64,000 bases of DNA from an uncultured Fibrobacterota bacterium (lineage in GTDB: Bacteria > Fibrobacterota > Chitinivibrionia > Chitinivibrionales > FEN-1185), in assembly GCA_963729895.1 (NCBI GenBank), contig CAVSQB010000014.1, positions 1-64,000 of the forward strand. The letters run 5' to 3'. Of this stretch, positions 22,476-32,248 are shown in pieces. The notes below the pieces were generated by a model. The model was not told where the DNA came from. It saw only the letters and a program-made list of their open reading frames with translations, and did no database searches. Position numbers and translations under genes: made by a program. Positions within the stretch are counted from its first letter, which is position 1, and each line of letters starts with the position of its first letter.

Positions 22476-23495
22476 ATGAAAAAAGTACTTGTGGGGCTGG
22501 TGTACTTAAACGTTTTTCTCCTGCTTGCTTCCTGTTCCTCACTCACCTCCGACGAAGCAAAAGGCAACAAAGCCTACAACCAGGCCAAACATTCCCAGGG
22601 AATCAACAAACGGACGCTTGAAAAGCGGGCATACATTTTCTACCAGAAGTGGTTCACTGCTCACCCGGACAAGTCCAAGCTCAGCCTTGGTTTCAGGCAG
22701 AAATTCATAGAAATGACCCTCTTGCGCGCCAACATGGTCCTGTCCGAAGGCACCTACGACATGGATCCGCTCAAGCTGTTCATGAAAGACATAGACACGC
22801 TCCTCACCAAGGAACTCGGCCCCGACCTCAGGCAGCAGTATGCCAATTTCATTCTCCTCATGGCAGATTCCAGCATTGCGCGCAACAAGCTCGACGATGC
22901 GCTTGACTGGATTGCAAAGGCCGAAACCGTCGTCGACAATCCGGCGCCTATGGAGGCCAAGAAGAAAGCGATCATCACCGACTTCACCAAGCAATTCTAC
23001 GAGATGGCCTCGCAGGCGTATACCGAAGGGAAAGACAGCAAGGATCCCGAAGCGCTGCTCAAGGCGGAGTATTACGTCCAGCTCGTACTCGTCTACGATT
23101 CGCTGTTTCCCGGAGCGGCCGACCTCCTGAGCAATTGCCACAAAGCAAATGTGAGCACCTATTCCGGCTACGCGCGGGTCATCGAGGGGAAGCTCGATCC
23201 GCGGGTAAACAAATACGACATCTACCTTGCAGTAGTGAGCGGGACAACCAATATGTCTTTGTCAATGTTCAATTACTCCTACAATCCGCTGCGCCTCAAG
23301 GCGGACGACTTCTTTCTTGTGGATGTGAAGGGCGAGAAATACAAAGCGCTGCCTTCATCCAAAATCGACCCCGAAATCCTCGACACGCAGCACGAAACAA
23401 AGAACCTCAAACTCGTGTTCCCCAAGCCCAAGGCCGAGCTCAAGAAAGTGGTGTACTCCAGCGGGGAGCACTACACCGAAAAACTGTTTTTCTGA
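22476..23495 (+). CDS. hypothetical lipoprotein, helical/TPR-like with C-terminal beta domain
   Basis: GAGGAGG RBS and lipobox LASC. Confidence 0.8.
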   Translation: MKKVLVGLVYLNVFLLLASCSSLTSDEAKGNKAYNQAKHSQGINKRTLEKRAYIFYQKWFTAHPDKSKLSLGFRQKFIEMTLLRANMVLSEGTYDMDPLKLFMKDIDTLLTKELGPDLRQQYANFILLMADSSIARNKLDDALDWIAKAETVVDNPAPMEAKKKAIITDFTKQFYEMASQAYTEGKDSKDPEALLKAEYYVQLVLVYDSLFPGAADLLSNCHKANVSTYSGYARVIEGKLDPRVNKYDIYLAVVSGTTNMSLSMFNYSYNPLRLKADDFFLVDVKGEKYKALPSSKIDPEILDTQHETKNLKLVFPKPKAELKKVVYSSGEHYTEKLFF

Positions 23496-23522
23496 TTTCC
23501 CTCTGCACAAGGATATTCCCGG

Positions 23523-23551
23523 GAGCAAAGGCCACGGCCTTTGCTCTTTTT
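23523..23551 (+). terminator. intrinsic terminator
   Basis: GAGCAAAGGCC/GGCCTTTGCTC inverted repeat followed by TTTTT. Confidence 0.85.
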
Positions 23552-23742
23552 GTTTCAAGATGCATTCCGGCCCGTTCCTTCTACGGTTTCTTCCCCGCAT
23601 GAGAATCCCGGCCAAAAAGCGGTTTCTTCGCCCTCAAAATCTTTAATCCCGCCCGTTGGGGAAAGTATATTTGACTGTTAATTTGGCAGTTGTTTTGCAA
23701 CGGAACCCCGGCACGCCAGCAACAAGCTCGATAGGACCAATC

Positions 23743-26730
23743 ATGCCAGAACGAATCTATGTGGGAGCAAAGGCCCAGGTGCGGGACGCACTTGGCGAGA
23801 AAATCAGGGCAAAAATCATCGCCGACCTCGAAATAGGAACCGTCAATTCTGTGCGTACGGCATCCGTGTACATCCTCAACGGATCGCTCTTCGCCGAGGA
23901 CCTCACGGCGCTCGCGGAAGGCCCGCTGTCAGATCCCATAGTTCAGGATTATTCCATCAACAAGACCTTCTGCGAATCCTTTGACTGGATGGTGGAGGTC
24001 GGATTCCTGCCCGGGGTCACCGACAACGCGGGAAGAACGGCGAAGGAGGCGGTGATCATCGCCCTGGGAAGGAGCTTCCCGGAATCGTTCTCGGTCCATA
24101 CCGGCACGCAGTATTTCTTTTTTGGTAATATCTCCAGGAAGAACGTCGACCGTATTTCCGAAGAGATCCTCGCGAACGCGCTTATCCAGTCGATACATAT
24201 CTATTCAAAGGACGAATGGCTCAAGGTCCATTCGAAAGATTTTCCCGCCCCCGTGGTCATGGATACGCACACCTCGCCGCTGTTCCGCGAGGTGGACCTG
24301 CGCGTGGACGAAAACGCCCTTGTCGCCATAAGCAAGAACGGCATGCTTGCGCTCTCGCTCGAGGAAATGAAATGCATCAAGGACCACTTCTGCGATCCCT
24401 CCACCATTGACGAGCGCGTAAAGCACGGGATGCCTGCGAACATCACCAACGTCGAGCTTGAGATTGTGGCGCAAACCTGGTCGGAGCATTGCAAGCACAA
24501 GATCTTCAACGCGGACATCATCTACCTTGAGAACAACGAAACGCCGGTCCACATCAAGAGCCTGTTTAGGACCTACGTCCAGAAGACGACGGCGATGGTG
24601 CGCGAGGCAAAGGGCAATAAGGACATCTGCCTCTCGGTATTCAAGGACAACGCCGGTGTGGTCCGCTTCAACGACACCACGGCAATCGTTTTCAAAGTGG
24701 AAACGCACAACAGTCCCTCGGCGCTCGACCCTTACGGCGGCGCGCTCACGGGCATCGTGGGCGTCAACCGAGACCCGTTCGGCACGGGCCTGGGCTGCCG
24801 CCTCATCGCCAACACCGACGTGTTCTGTTTCGCCTCGCCCTTCTATGCCGGCGCGATCCCGCCGCGCATCTTCCATCCCAAGCGGGTGCTCGAAGGCGTG
24901 CGCGAGGGCGTCGAACACGGCGGCAACAAGAGCGGAATCCCTACAGTCAACGGAACTATCGTGTTCGACGACCGCTTCCTGGGCAAGCCGCTTGTCTACT
25001 GCGGAACGCTTGGGCTCATGCCGCTTCTTGTCAACGGCCGCAAAGGATGGGAAAAGAAGGCGCAGACGGGCGACCATATCATCATGGTGGGCGGCAGGAT
25101 CGGCAAAGACGGGATTCACGGCGCAACGTTCTCTTCCGAGCCGCTGCACGAAGGCTCGCCGGCCACCGCGGTGCAGATAGGCGACCCCATCACGCAGAAG
25201 CGAATGACCGATTTTCTGCTTGCGGCACGCGACCGCGGCCTGTACAATTCCATCACCGACAACGGAGCGGGCGGGCTGTCGTCGTCGATCGGCGAAATGG
25301 CATGCGACACGGGCGGCGCCGTTGTGCACCTCGAAAAGGCGCCGCTCAAATACCACGGCCTCGAACCGTGGGAGATTTACGTCTCGGAGGCCCAGGAGCG
25401 CATGAACGCCGCCGTCGCTCCGGAGAAAGTGGGCGCGTTTTTGGCCATGGCCCGTGAATGGAATGTGGAGGCAACCGACCTCGGCGAATTCACGGGTACC
25501 GGATATCTCGACATCAGGTTCGCCGAAACGCCCGTGGCGAGGCTCAGCATGGACTTTTTGCACCACGGGCTTCCCGACATGAGCCTTATTGCGAAATGGG
25601 AGGACAGGGGCCGCGGCACAAAGGGAACCTATCCGGCAGCCGACCTGAAAACGGACCTGCTCGCCCTGCTCAAACGTCTTAACATCTGCAGCAAGGAATA
25701 CGTGGTCCGGCAGTACGATCACGAGGTGCAGGGCGGCAGCGTGGTGAAACCCCTGTGCGGGGCGAAAAACGACGGGCCATCGGACGCGGCGGTCCTGCGG
25801 CCGGTCCTCGAATCGTTCGAAGGCATCGCGGTGAGCAACGGCATCCTTCCCCGGTACAGCGACATCGACACCTATGCCATGACCGCGTGTACAATCGACG
25901 AAGCGGTTCGCAACGCCTGCTGCGTCGGCGCAGACCCCGCCGCCATGGCGGGCCTCGACAATTTCTGCTGGTGCGATCCGGTGCAAAGCGCCGACAACCC
26001 GGACGGCGAGTACAAGCTCGCGCAACTCGTACGTGCGAACAAGGCGCTTCTTGATATATGCGTCCTCTACGGCATACCGCTCATTTCCGGCAAAGACAGC
26101 ATGAAGAACGACTACCGCATCGGCGACGTCAAAATAGCCATTCCGCCCACCCTGCTGTTCAGTCTTGTTGCAAAGGTGCCGGACGTGCGCAAGGCGGTTA
26201 CCATGGACTTCAAGGAAAACGGCAACCTCATCTACTGCGTCGGCACCACGTATCCCGATCTTGGCGCATCGGAATACGCGCTCATGAAAGGGGTGAAAGA
26301 CACGACGGTCCCCACCCTTCGCAACCCCGTACAGAACTTCGATTGTTATGCTACGCTTTTCTCGGCCATCCAGGAAGGCCTGGTGCGGTCGTGCCACGAC
26401 TGTTCGGACGGCGGCCTCGGCGTGGCACTTGCGGAGATGTGTTTCTCCGGAGAATTTGGAGCGCAGGTCGATTGTCAGGCAATTGAGCAGGCCGGGTGTA
26501 CATCGGACATCGAACTTTTGTTCTCTGAATCGCCGGGCCGTATTCTTGTTGAAGTGGAGCCTCCCAATGCCAAGCGCATGGAGACGCTGTTTTCCCGGCT
26601 GCCGCTCAGGCGGATCGGGGTTGTTGTCAAGGGCGACACCATCGAGTTGAAAGGGCTCAGGCAGGCGCCGGTGCTCGCGTTTTCCCGGATAGACGCGAAA
26701 GCCGCGTGGAAGAGCACACTGCAATTTTGA
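23743..26730 (+). CDS. purL: FGAM synthase PurL with PurS-like N-terminal extension
   Basis: QTWSEHCKHK, KVETHNSPS, DNGAGG, ISGKDS and HDCSDGG. Confidence 0.96.
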   Translation: MPERIYVGAKAQVRDALGEKIRAKIIADLEIGTVNSVRTASVYILNGSLFAEDLTALAEGPLSDPIVQDYSINKTFCESFDWMVEVGFLPGVTDNAGRTAKEAVIIALGRSFPESFSVHTGTQYFFFGNISRKNVDRISEEILANALIQSIHIYSKDEWLKVHSKDFPAPVVMDTHTSPLFREVDLRVDENALVAISKNGMLALSLEEMKCIKDHFCDPSTIDERVKHGMPANITNVELEIVAQTWSEHCKHKIFNADIIYLENNETPVHIKSLFRTYVQKTTAMVREAKGNKDICLSVFKDNAGVVRFNDTTAIVFKVETHNSPSALDPYGGALTGIVGVNRDPFGTGLGCRLIANTDVFCFASPFYAGAIPPRIFHPKRVLEGVREGVEHGGNKSGIPTVNGTIVFDDRFLGKPLVYCGTLGLMPLLVNGRKGWEKKAQTGDHIIMVGGRIGKDGIHGATFSSEPLHEGSPATAVQIGDPITQKRMTDFLLAARDRGLYNSITDNGAGGLSSSIGEMACDTGGAVVHLEKAPLKYHGLEPWEIYVSEAQERMNAAVAPEKVGAFLAMAREWNVEATDLGEFTGTGYLDIRFAETPVARLSMDFLHHGLPDMSLIAKWEDRGRGTKGTYPAADLKTDLLALLKRLNICSKEYVVRQYDHEVQGGSVVKPLCGAKNDGPSDAAVLRPVLESFEGIAVSNGILPRYSDIDTYAMTACTIDEAVRNACCVGADPAAMAGLDNFCWCDPVQSADNPDGEYKLAQLVRANKALLDICVLYGIPLISGKDSMKNDYRIGDVKIAIPPTLLFSLVAKVPDVRKAVTMDFKENGNLIYCVGTTYPDLGASEYALMKGVKDTTVPTLRNPVQNFDCYATLFSAIQEGLVRSCHDCSDGGLGVALAEMCFSGEFGAQVDCQAIEQAGCTSDIELLFSESPGRILVEVEPPNAKRMETLFSRLPLRRIGVVVKGDTIELKGLRQAPVLAFSRIDAKAAWKSTLQF

Positions 26731-26811
26731 GAAATATGGTGAATGTTCTTTTTAGTTGAGGTGCGGCGTGCCAGGGTGCGATTAGAACTTAAGCATAAGG
26801 AGAATCTGAGC

Positions 26812-27633
26812 GTGAGCAGAGACATTGCGGCCATCGTACTCGCGGGAAACGGCACAAATTGCGAAATGGAGACGGCGCACGCGTGCCGCCTCGGCGGCTT
26901 CGGCACCGTGGACATCGTCACCATCTGGGAACTCGTGAGCGGCGACGCCTCGCTCGAACCCTACGATTTCCTGTGCCTGCCGGGCGGATTTCTCGACGGC
27001 GACGATCTCGGTTCCGCAAAAGCGCAGGCCAACCGCCTCCTTCATACGGTTGTCAAGAAGACCGGCAAACCGCTTTTTGCCCAGTTTTCCACGTTTATCC
27101 AGAACGGCAGGCTGATTCTCGGCATTTGCAACGGGTTCCAGCTCATGGTGAAGCTCGGACTTCTGCCGTCCCTGGGGAATGCGCTTACCCAGCAGGTGAC
27201 GCTCACCAATAACGATTCGGGCAGGTTCGAAGACCGGTGGGTATGGCTCAAGGCCAACCCCGCATCGCCGTGCGTGTTCACAAAAGGGATTGGCGCGGTG
27301 TATCTGCCCGTGCGCCACGGTGAAGGCAAGTTCGTGGCCCGCGACCGCGAGGTCCTCGATGAGCTCCGCGCGCACAACCAGATTGTTTTTTCCTATGTGG
27401 ACCCCGAAACACAGGCCCCCACCATGAAATACCCGGACAACCCGAATGGGTCACAATTGTCAATCGCCGGGATCTGCAATGCCACGGGACGGCTCTTCGG
27501 CCTCATGCCGCACCCCGAGGCCTTTACCCACCGCACCAACCACCCGCGGTGGTCGCGCGAACAACTGCCCGAAGAGGGCATGGGTCCGCAGCTGTTCAGG
27601 AACGCCCGCGAGTATATCGCGAAAAACACGTGA
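26812..27633 (+). CDS. purQ: FGAM synthase glutaminase subunit
   Basis: GTNCE, PGGF..GD, GICNGFQ and MPHPE. GTG start after AAGGAG. Confidence 0.96.
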   Translation: MSRDIAAIVLAGNGTNCEMETAHACRLGGFGTVDIVTIWELVSGDASLEPYDFLCLPGGFLDGDDLGSAKAQANRLLHTVVKKTGKPLFAQFSTFIQNGRLILGICNGFQLMVKLGLLPSLGNALTQQVTLTNNDSGRFEDRWVWLKANPASPCVFTKGIGAVYLPVRHGEGKFVARDREVLDELRAHNQIVFSYVDPETQAPTMKYPDNPNGSQLSIAGICNATGRLFGLMPHPEAFTHRTNHPRWSREQLPEEGMGPQLFRNAREYIAKNT

Positions 27634-27670
27634 CCAGAACGGCCGTCGTCCCTATTCTGATCGAATTGCT

Positions 27671-28237
27671 ATGTCCAGAGAGACGCTCCACAGACCACCG
27701 GCTCGCAGGAAGACAAATTCCCTCTCACTCAAACGCCTCTTCTTTCTCGCGGCGTTTGCACTCGTTCTCGCCCTGTTCCTGCGTCACTTTGTCGTTGACA
27801 TAATGCAAGTAACCTCGTCTTCAATGGCGCCGACGATCAACGTCGGCGCCCGCTACCTTATGGAAAAACTCACCTTCCGCATGAGGAAGCCCCGGCGAAA
27901 CGATATCATTGCGTTCCCGTCACCCGTCCTGCAGGGCCACAACCTGGTGAAACGGGTGATCGCAACCGAGGGTGAAACCATTCAGATAAAGAACAAGGAC
28001 GTTTACATCAACGACAAACGACTGGCCGAGAATTTTGCACATCATTCCCGCGACACCATACTCCTGGTCGGCGACAACCTCGGGCCGTTGCAGGTCCCAA
28101 AGGGAATGCTTTTTGTAATGGGCGACAACCGTGATGAATCGGAAGATTCGCGCGACTGGAAGGACAGCATTACCGGAGAGCATATCTACTTTGTTCCGGT
28201 GAGCGGGATATTGGGGAAGATTGTCCTGTTGTATTAA
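27671..28237 (+). CDS. lepB: signal peptidase I
   Basis: TM segment, SSSMAPT, LVKRVIA and MGDNR..S.DSR. Confidence 0.93.
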   Translation: MSRETLHRPPARRKTNSLSLKRLFFLAAFALVLALFLRHFVVDIMQVTSSSMAPTINVGARYLMEKLTFRMRKPRRNDIIAFPSPVLQGHNLVKRVIATEGETIQIKNKDVYINDKRLAENFAHHSRDTILLVGDNLGPLQVPKGMLFVMGDNRDESEDSRDWKDSITGEHIYFVPVSGILGKIVLLY

Positions 28238-28249
28238 GCCGGCGGCGGT

Positions 28250-28855
28250 TCACGTGTCGGGAATGTCAGGCGGTTGGACGAACCATTGGAGCGTGCGCAA
28301 GTAGCCGGCAATATCATTGACATTTGCAGAAAGCATTTCCTGCGTATTCATGAGAAGCCTTTCCACGTCAACCTGGTACACGTCCCAGGCGCCTGTCCTG
28401 ATTTCGGTTTCGAGCTGGCCCGGCGCCCAGCCCGAATAACCCAGGAAAAGACGCGTTGAGCCGGGATCAAGCGCAAGCACGGAATCGATGCTTTCCCATT
28501 TTCCGCCCAGGTAAACCCGGGGAGCGATCCGGTGCGACTGCGGCTGCGCCGCGTCGGTGATCCAAATAACTTGCAACTCGTTCTGTTGTACCGGACCGCC
28601 TATGTACACCTCCCGCCGGCCGCTTGAATCGGAGTATCCGTCGAATACTTCCGAGAGCGGCATATGTGAAGGCCGGTTGAGCACAAGGCCGTAGGCTCCA
28701 CTATCCCTGGTGTAAACGCACATCAGCACAACCGTAGCGTTGAAATTTGGATCCTGCAGCGCATCGCGTGCGAGAAGCACTGCGCCGTTCCCAAGGCGTG
28801 CGAGTTGTTCCTGGACAACAGGGTCCGGCTCAGGTTCGGGAAGGGTTGGTTCCAT
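28250..28855 (-). CDS. YqgE/AlgH (UPF0301) family protein
   Basis: DPNF, GLVLNRP, GGPV and GYSGWAPGQLE. Confidence 0.92.
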   Translation of the reverse strand: MEPTLPEPEPDPVVQEQLARLGNGAVLLARDALQDPNFNATVVLMCVYTRDSGAYGLVLNRPSHMPLSEVFDGYSDSSGRREVYIGGPVQQNELQVIWITDAAQPQSHRIAPRVYLGGKWESIDSVLALDPGSTRLFLGYSGWAPGQLETEIRTGAWDVYQVDVERLLMNTQEMLSANVNDIAGYLRTLQWFVQPPDIPDT

Positions 28856-29117
28856 AAGGTGATCTTGCCGTTTCTGCCCTAAAAATAACACATCCGCGTT
28901 CCGTGCGCTTCTCAACGCACGACGGGGCCGCCAGTCCGGCAAGAATCGATTATATTTGTTACCCTAGCCACTTGATTGAGGGACTGGGTTGGCGGAACAA
29001 CACGAGATGACTATATTCGCGCGTGAAAAGGCACGCTTCATATTGAATTGCCCGCCTGCACGAAACCAAGACACCCGCCGGTTTCACCTCGCACGAACGG
29101 TCGCCATTTCCAACTTG

Positions 29118-30179
29118 ATGATGAGTGGAATATCCGGTGTGCGTGTCCTTCTATTTGCGATTCCGGTTCTTTTTTCCACATCATCCTCTGCGGACGAAGC
29201 CGACAGCCTTCTCTTTTATTTATCGGTCCACGGTCCTGTTACCGAGCTTGCCCGTTGCATCGAAAAAAGCTCCTCACTCAACAAGCGAGGATCTGGTGGT
29301 GTCACACCTTTGCTTGCCGCAGTGCATGCCAATAATCGCTCGACAGTCGCGGTCCTGCTGGAGCACGGCGCCGACGCGTCAATAGCCGACACCATGAATT
29401 TTGATCCCCTCTACTGGGCTTTGCACATGGGGTATTACGAGGTCGCCGATGTTCTCCTTATGCACGGCGTGAACGTCGACCGGCCAAATTCGCAGGGGAA
29501 CTCGCCCCTGATGTCGGCGGTGATGCGGGGAGATTGCGCCACCGCGAACTTTCTCCTGGAGCACGGCGCGGACGGGAAACGGAAGTCGCCGGCAGGGCTG
29601 ACGCCCAGGAGCATCGCATCGCGAAACCACGATAAGGCGATGATCTCCCTATTGTCGTCGTTTACGCATGCGCAGCAGCGCAAGCCGGCGCCTGCCGCCG
29701 ACACCGGTGCGCGCGATACCGGCTGTACCTTCACCGATGCAAAGGCTTTCTTTAGCGCAGTTCAATCCGGACGCCGCAGCTTCAGAGCATGCGCGCTCTC
29801 GGGGCTCGATCTCAAGGCCATGCGATTGTACGGTCTCAGTTTTCAGGGAGCAAACCTTTCGGGCTGCGACCTGCGCGACGCCGATATGCGTTACTGCGAT
29901 TTGAGCGACGCCGCGCTGCGAAACGCGTTCCTCCACGGGGCCGACCTCCGGTACGCACGGTTGGACAACACGGATTTCGGCGAGGCCATGCTCACTGCGT
30001 CGGATATGCGCGAAGCGAAAGGATTATCGCTGGTCCAGTTGCGGAGCGCCCGGAATTTGTACAAAACGAAACTGGACAGCGAAACCGTGGAAATCATGCA
30101 GCGCGATTATCCGAAACTCTTCAAGGATCCGGGCGGCGCGTGGAGGGTTCAGGGGAAAACAACGGCGAACTCACAGTAG
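29118..30179 (+). CDS. secreted ankyrin-repeat plus pentapeptide-repeat protein
   Basis: Signal-like N-terminus, GVTPLLAA/LLEHGAD ankyrin repeats, then ANLSG/CDLRD/ADLRY pentapeptides. Confidence 0.85.
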   Translation: MMSGISGVRVLLFAIPVLFSTSSSADEADSLLFYLSVHGPVTELARCIEKSSSLNKRGSGGVTPLLAAVHANNRSTVAVLLEHGADASIADTMNFDPLYWALHMGYYEVADVLLMHGVNVDRPNSQGNSPLMSAVMRGDCATANFLLEHGADGKRKSPAGLTPRSIASRNHDKAMISLLSSFTHAQQRKPAPAADTGARDTGCTFTDAKAFFSAVQSGRRSFRACALSGLDLKAMRLYGLSFQGANLSGCDLRDADMRYCDLSDAALRNAFLHGADLRYARLDNTDFGEAMLTASDMREAKGLSLVQLRSARNLYKTKLDSETVEIMQRDYPKLFKDPGGAWRVQGKTTANSQ

Positions 30180-30299
30180 TGCAGAGTTCTTCACATCGGC
30201 GGCACGATTGTCATGCGGAAAGGGCACACATCAACTTGGGCTGGATACAATGCGCATGGATTGATCTTAACCAGTTCTTCCGAATCAACTCACGGACGC

Positions 30300-30677
30300 T
30301 CATACCGCAAATCTCTTGAACCCAAGATCCTTGATCGGCCTGTAGTGTTTGTAGTTTCCGGATACCAAGATCTGGTTGTTCTCAATTGCCGTAGCGGCGA
30401 TAAGTGCGTCGTCTGCGGATATGCCATGCGCCAACGAATATTCTTCCACGTAAATTGAGGCCCGATGTCCGATATTTTCGGTAATCGGCAACATCATGAA
30501 GTCCATTTCTTTCAAGTAACTCTTTATGACCGCCTGTTGCTGCCTATTTTTCGCATTTTGCAACAATTCCATATAGGTTACCACCGAGATGCTACGATCA
30601 TTGTCGGCGTCAACCAGATCAGCGGCCGCCTTGTTTCCGCGCTGAATCCAGATTATAACGTCGGTATCAAAGATCAT
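30300..30677 (-). CDS. vapC: PIN-domain toxin (VapC)
   Basis: FDTDVII, YMEL, DALIAATA and GNYKHY. Confidence 0.92.
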   Translation of the reverse strand: MIFDTDVIIWIQRGNKAAADLVDADNDRSISVVTYMELLQNAKNRQQQAVIKSYLKEMDFMMLPITENIGHRASIYVEEYSLAHGISADDALIAATAIENNQILVSGNYKHYRPIKDLGFKRFAV

Positions 30678-30906
30678 TCGACCGGTTCCTCCGCATTTTG
30701 GATACGATTTCTTCAGGGCTCATTTTGTCCGCCCCAAGAATACCAAAGATCGGATGATCCTTTGTTTTCGCGTGACGATTGGATTTGGAAGGGACGATTT
30801 CTCCTTTTACTTTGCCGTGATACAGGATCCGAACCCTTTCACGCCTGCCTAATGCCTTCAATACGTCCCGCATCTTATACCGCAGATCCACGACTGAAGC
30901 ATCCAT
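30667..30906 (-). CDS. antitoxin, Phd/YefM-like
   Basis: 79 aa, DLRYKMRDVL..V.I.YHGK, overlaps the toxin start, AGAGG RBS. Confidence 0.8.
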   Translation of the reverse strand: MDASVVDLRYKMRDVLKALGRRERVRILYHGKVKGEIVPSKSNRHAKTKDHPIFGILGADKMSPEEIVSKMRRNRSNDL

Positions 30907-31219
30907 AATGACCTCTTTTGATATGTATATCGTAAGTATACATATTTCGAACAAGAAAAGGCAACTATTGCTCTCGATTTTGCACACTTGTATCCTAAAC
31001 CCCGCGGTGGGTGAAAAAACCGAGTACTTGGGGCAAGAACATTTTCCGTTCTAAATCCTGCCCAGGCACGGGATTCATGCCCGCATTATCCCGGAAGCGC
31101 AAGTTGTCGTTTTTCTTTTGCCTTTCGATCAATCTTAATAATAAAATCGTGTTGAGCACAAGACTGCCATCACAATCAAGTTGTCCTTACAGGTTTACGC
31201 CAAAAACAAGGGGCTATTC

Positions 31220-32032
31220 GTGAAGAATTATGTATTTCCCGCCATGCTGCTGTTTCTTCTGACCGTCCCTGCGAGCGCCGGGAAGATGACCATTGCCGTC
31301 ATGGACTTTCAGGCCAAGGGCATCGACACCATCGTTGCGCAAAACGTGTCCGAACTCATACGCGGGGAGATAATAAATGCCGGGATATTTACGGTCATAG
31401 AACGCGCCCAGATGGGCGAGATACTAAAGGAGCAGGGATTTCAGCAATCGGGTTGCACGGACATAACGTGCGCAGTTGAAATCGGCAAAATATTGTCCGC
31501 CAATAAAATGCTCGTTGGATCAGTGATGAAAATAGGAGGTTCGATAATAATAGCAGGACGTGTTGTTGACGTGCAATCCGGCGTGGGCGAATTCAGCGAG
31601 AATCAGGACTGCGAATCTGAAGCAAAACTGTTGAATGCAGTCAAACTCTTTACCGAAAAGCTCAACGCCAGGATACAGGGGAAACCAATTTCAAGCCCTT
31701 TGCCTGGCGCGGCATCCTCAAACATCGCTCCAGGCGATCAAGGTATCCAGAAAAACGTGCCGAGGCTGGAGGGATCCTATTTTGCATCAGGAAGAAATCC
31801 AAACGGCTCGACCTATACCGGTACGGTCCAAATTTCAAAGGGCAGTAATTCTTATCATTTCTTTTGGAAGATCGGCAATTCCGCCTATAATGGCATAGGA
31901 GTCCTGAAAGACAGAACCCTTACCGTTGATTGGGGACAGGACTCTCCGGTAATCTATTTGATCCAAGACGACGGCCGCCTTGTGGGGAAATGGGCCAATG
32001 GGACCGCGTCGGAGACACTCACTCCCGAGTAG
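31220..32032 (+). CDS. secreted CsgG/TolB-N-like domain protein with C-terminal beta domain
   Basis: Signal peptide and IAVMDF...FTVIERAQM..ILKEQGFQQSGC...CAVEIGK. Confidence 0.75.
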   Translation: MKNYVFPAMLLFLLTVPASAGKMTIAVMDFQAKGIDTIVAQNVSELIRGEIINAGIFTVIERAQMGEILKEQGFQQSGCTDITCAVEIGKILSANKMLVGSVMKIGGSIIIAGRVVDVQSGVGEFSENQDCESEAKLLNAVKLFTEKLNARIQGKPISSPLPGAASSNIAPGDQGIQKNVPRLEGSYFASGRNPNGSTYTGTVQISKGSNSYHFFWKIGNSAYNGIGVLKDRTLTVDWGQDSPVIYLIQDDGRLVGKWANGTASETLTPE

Positions 32033-32248
32033 TAGATACTCTCTGGATTGACATCAGAAAGATGACTGTGCCGGCGGGTTATGCCCAGCAGAAGGTCCGG
32101 GCTTGCCAAGGGCGGCTCCGGGCCGCACCCGCTCAGCAATCCACACTCTTGTTTAGACGCGACACATCTTTAAGAAAGACGATGCAAACGCGCTATTGAA
32201 GTTCCGTATTGCCAAGTCCTTGACTAACCGCAAGACAGCAGCCCAACC

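Noticed and set aside
24205..26724. 839-aa minus-strand ORF, and similar ORFs at 6599..7957, 21057..22457 and 39819..41360
   Set aside because: Antisense shadows of well-supported GC-rich genes, with no motifs.
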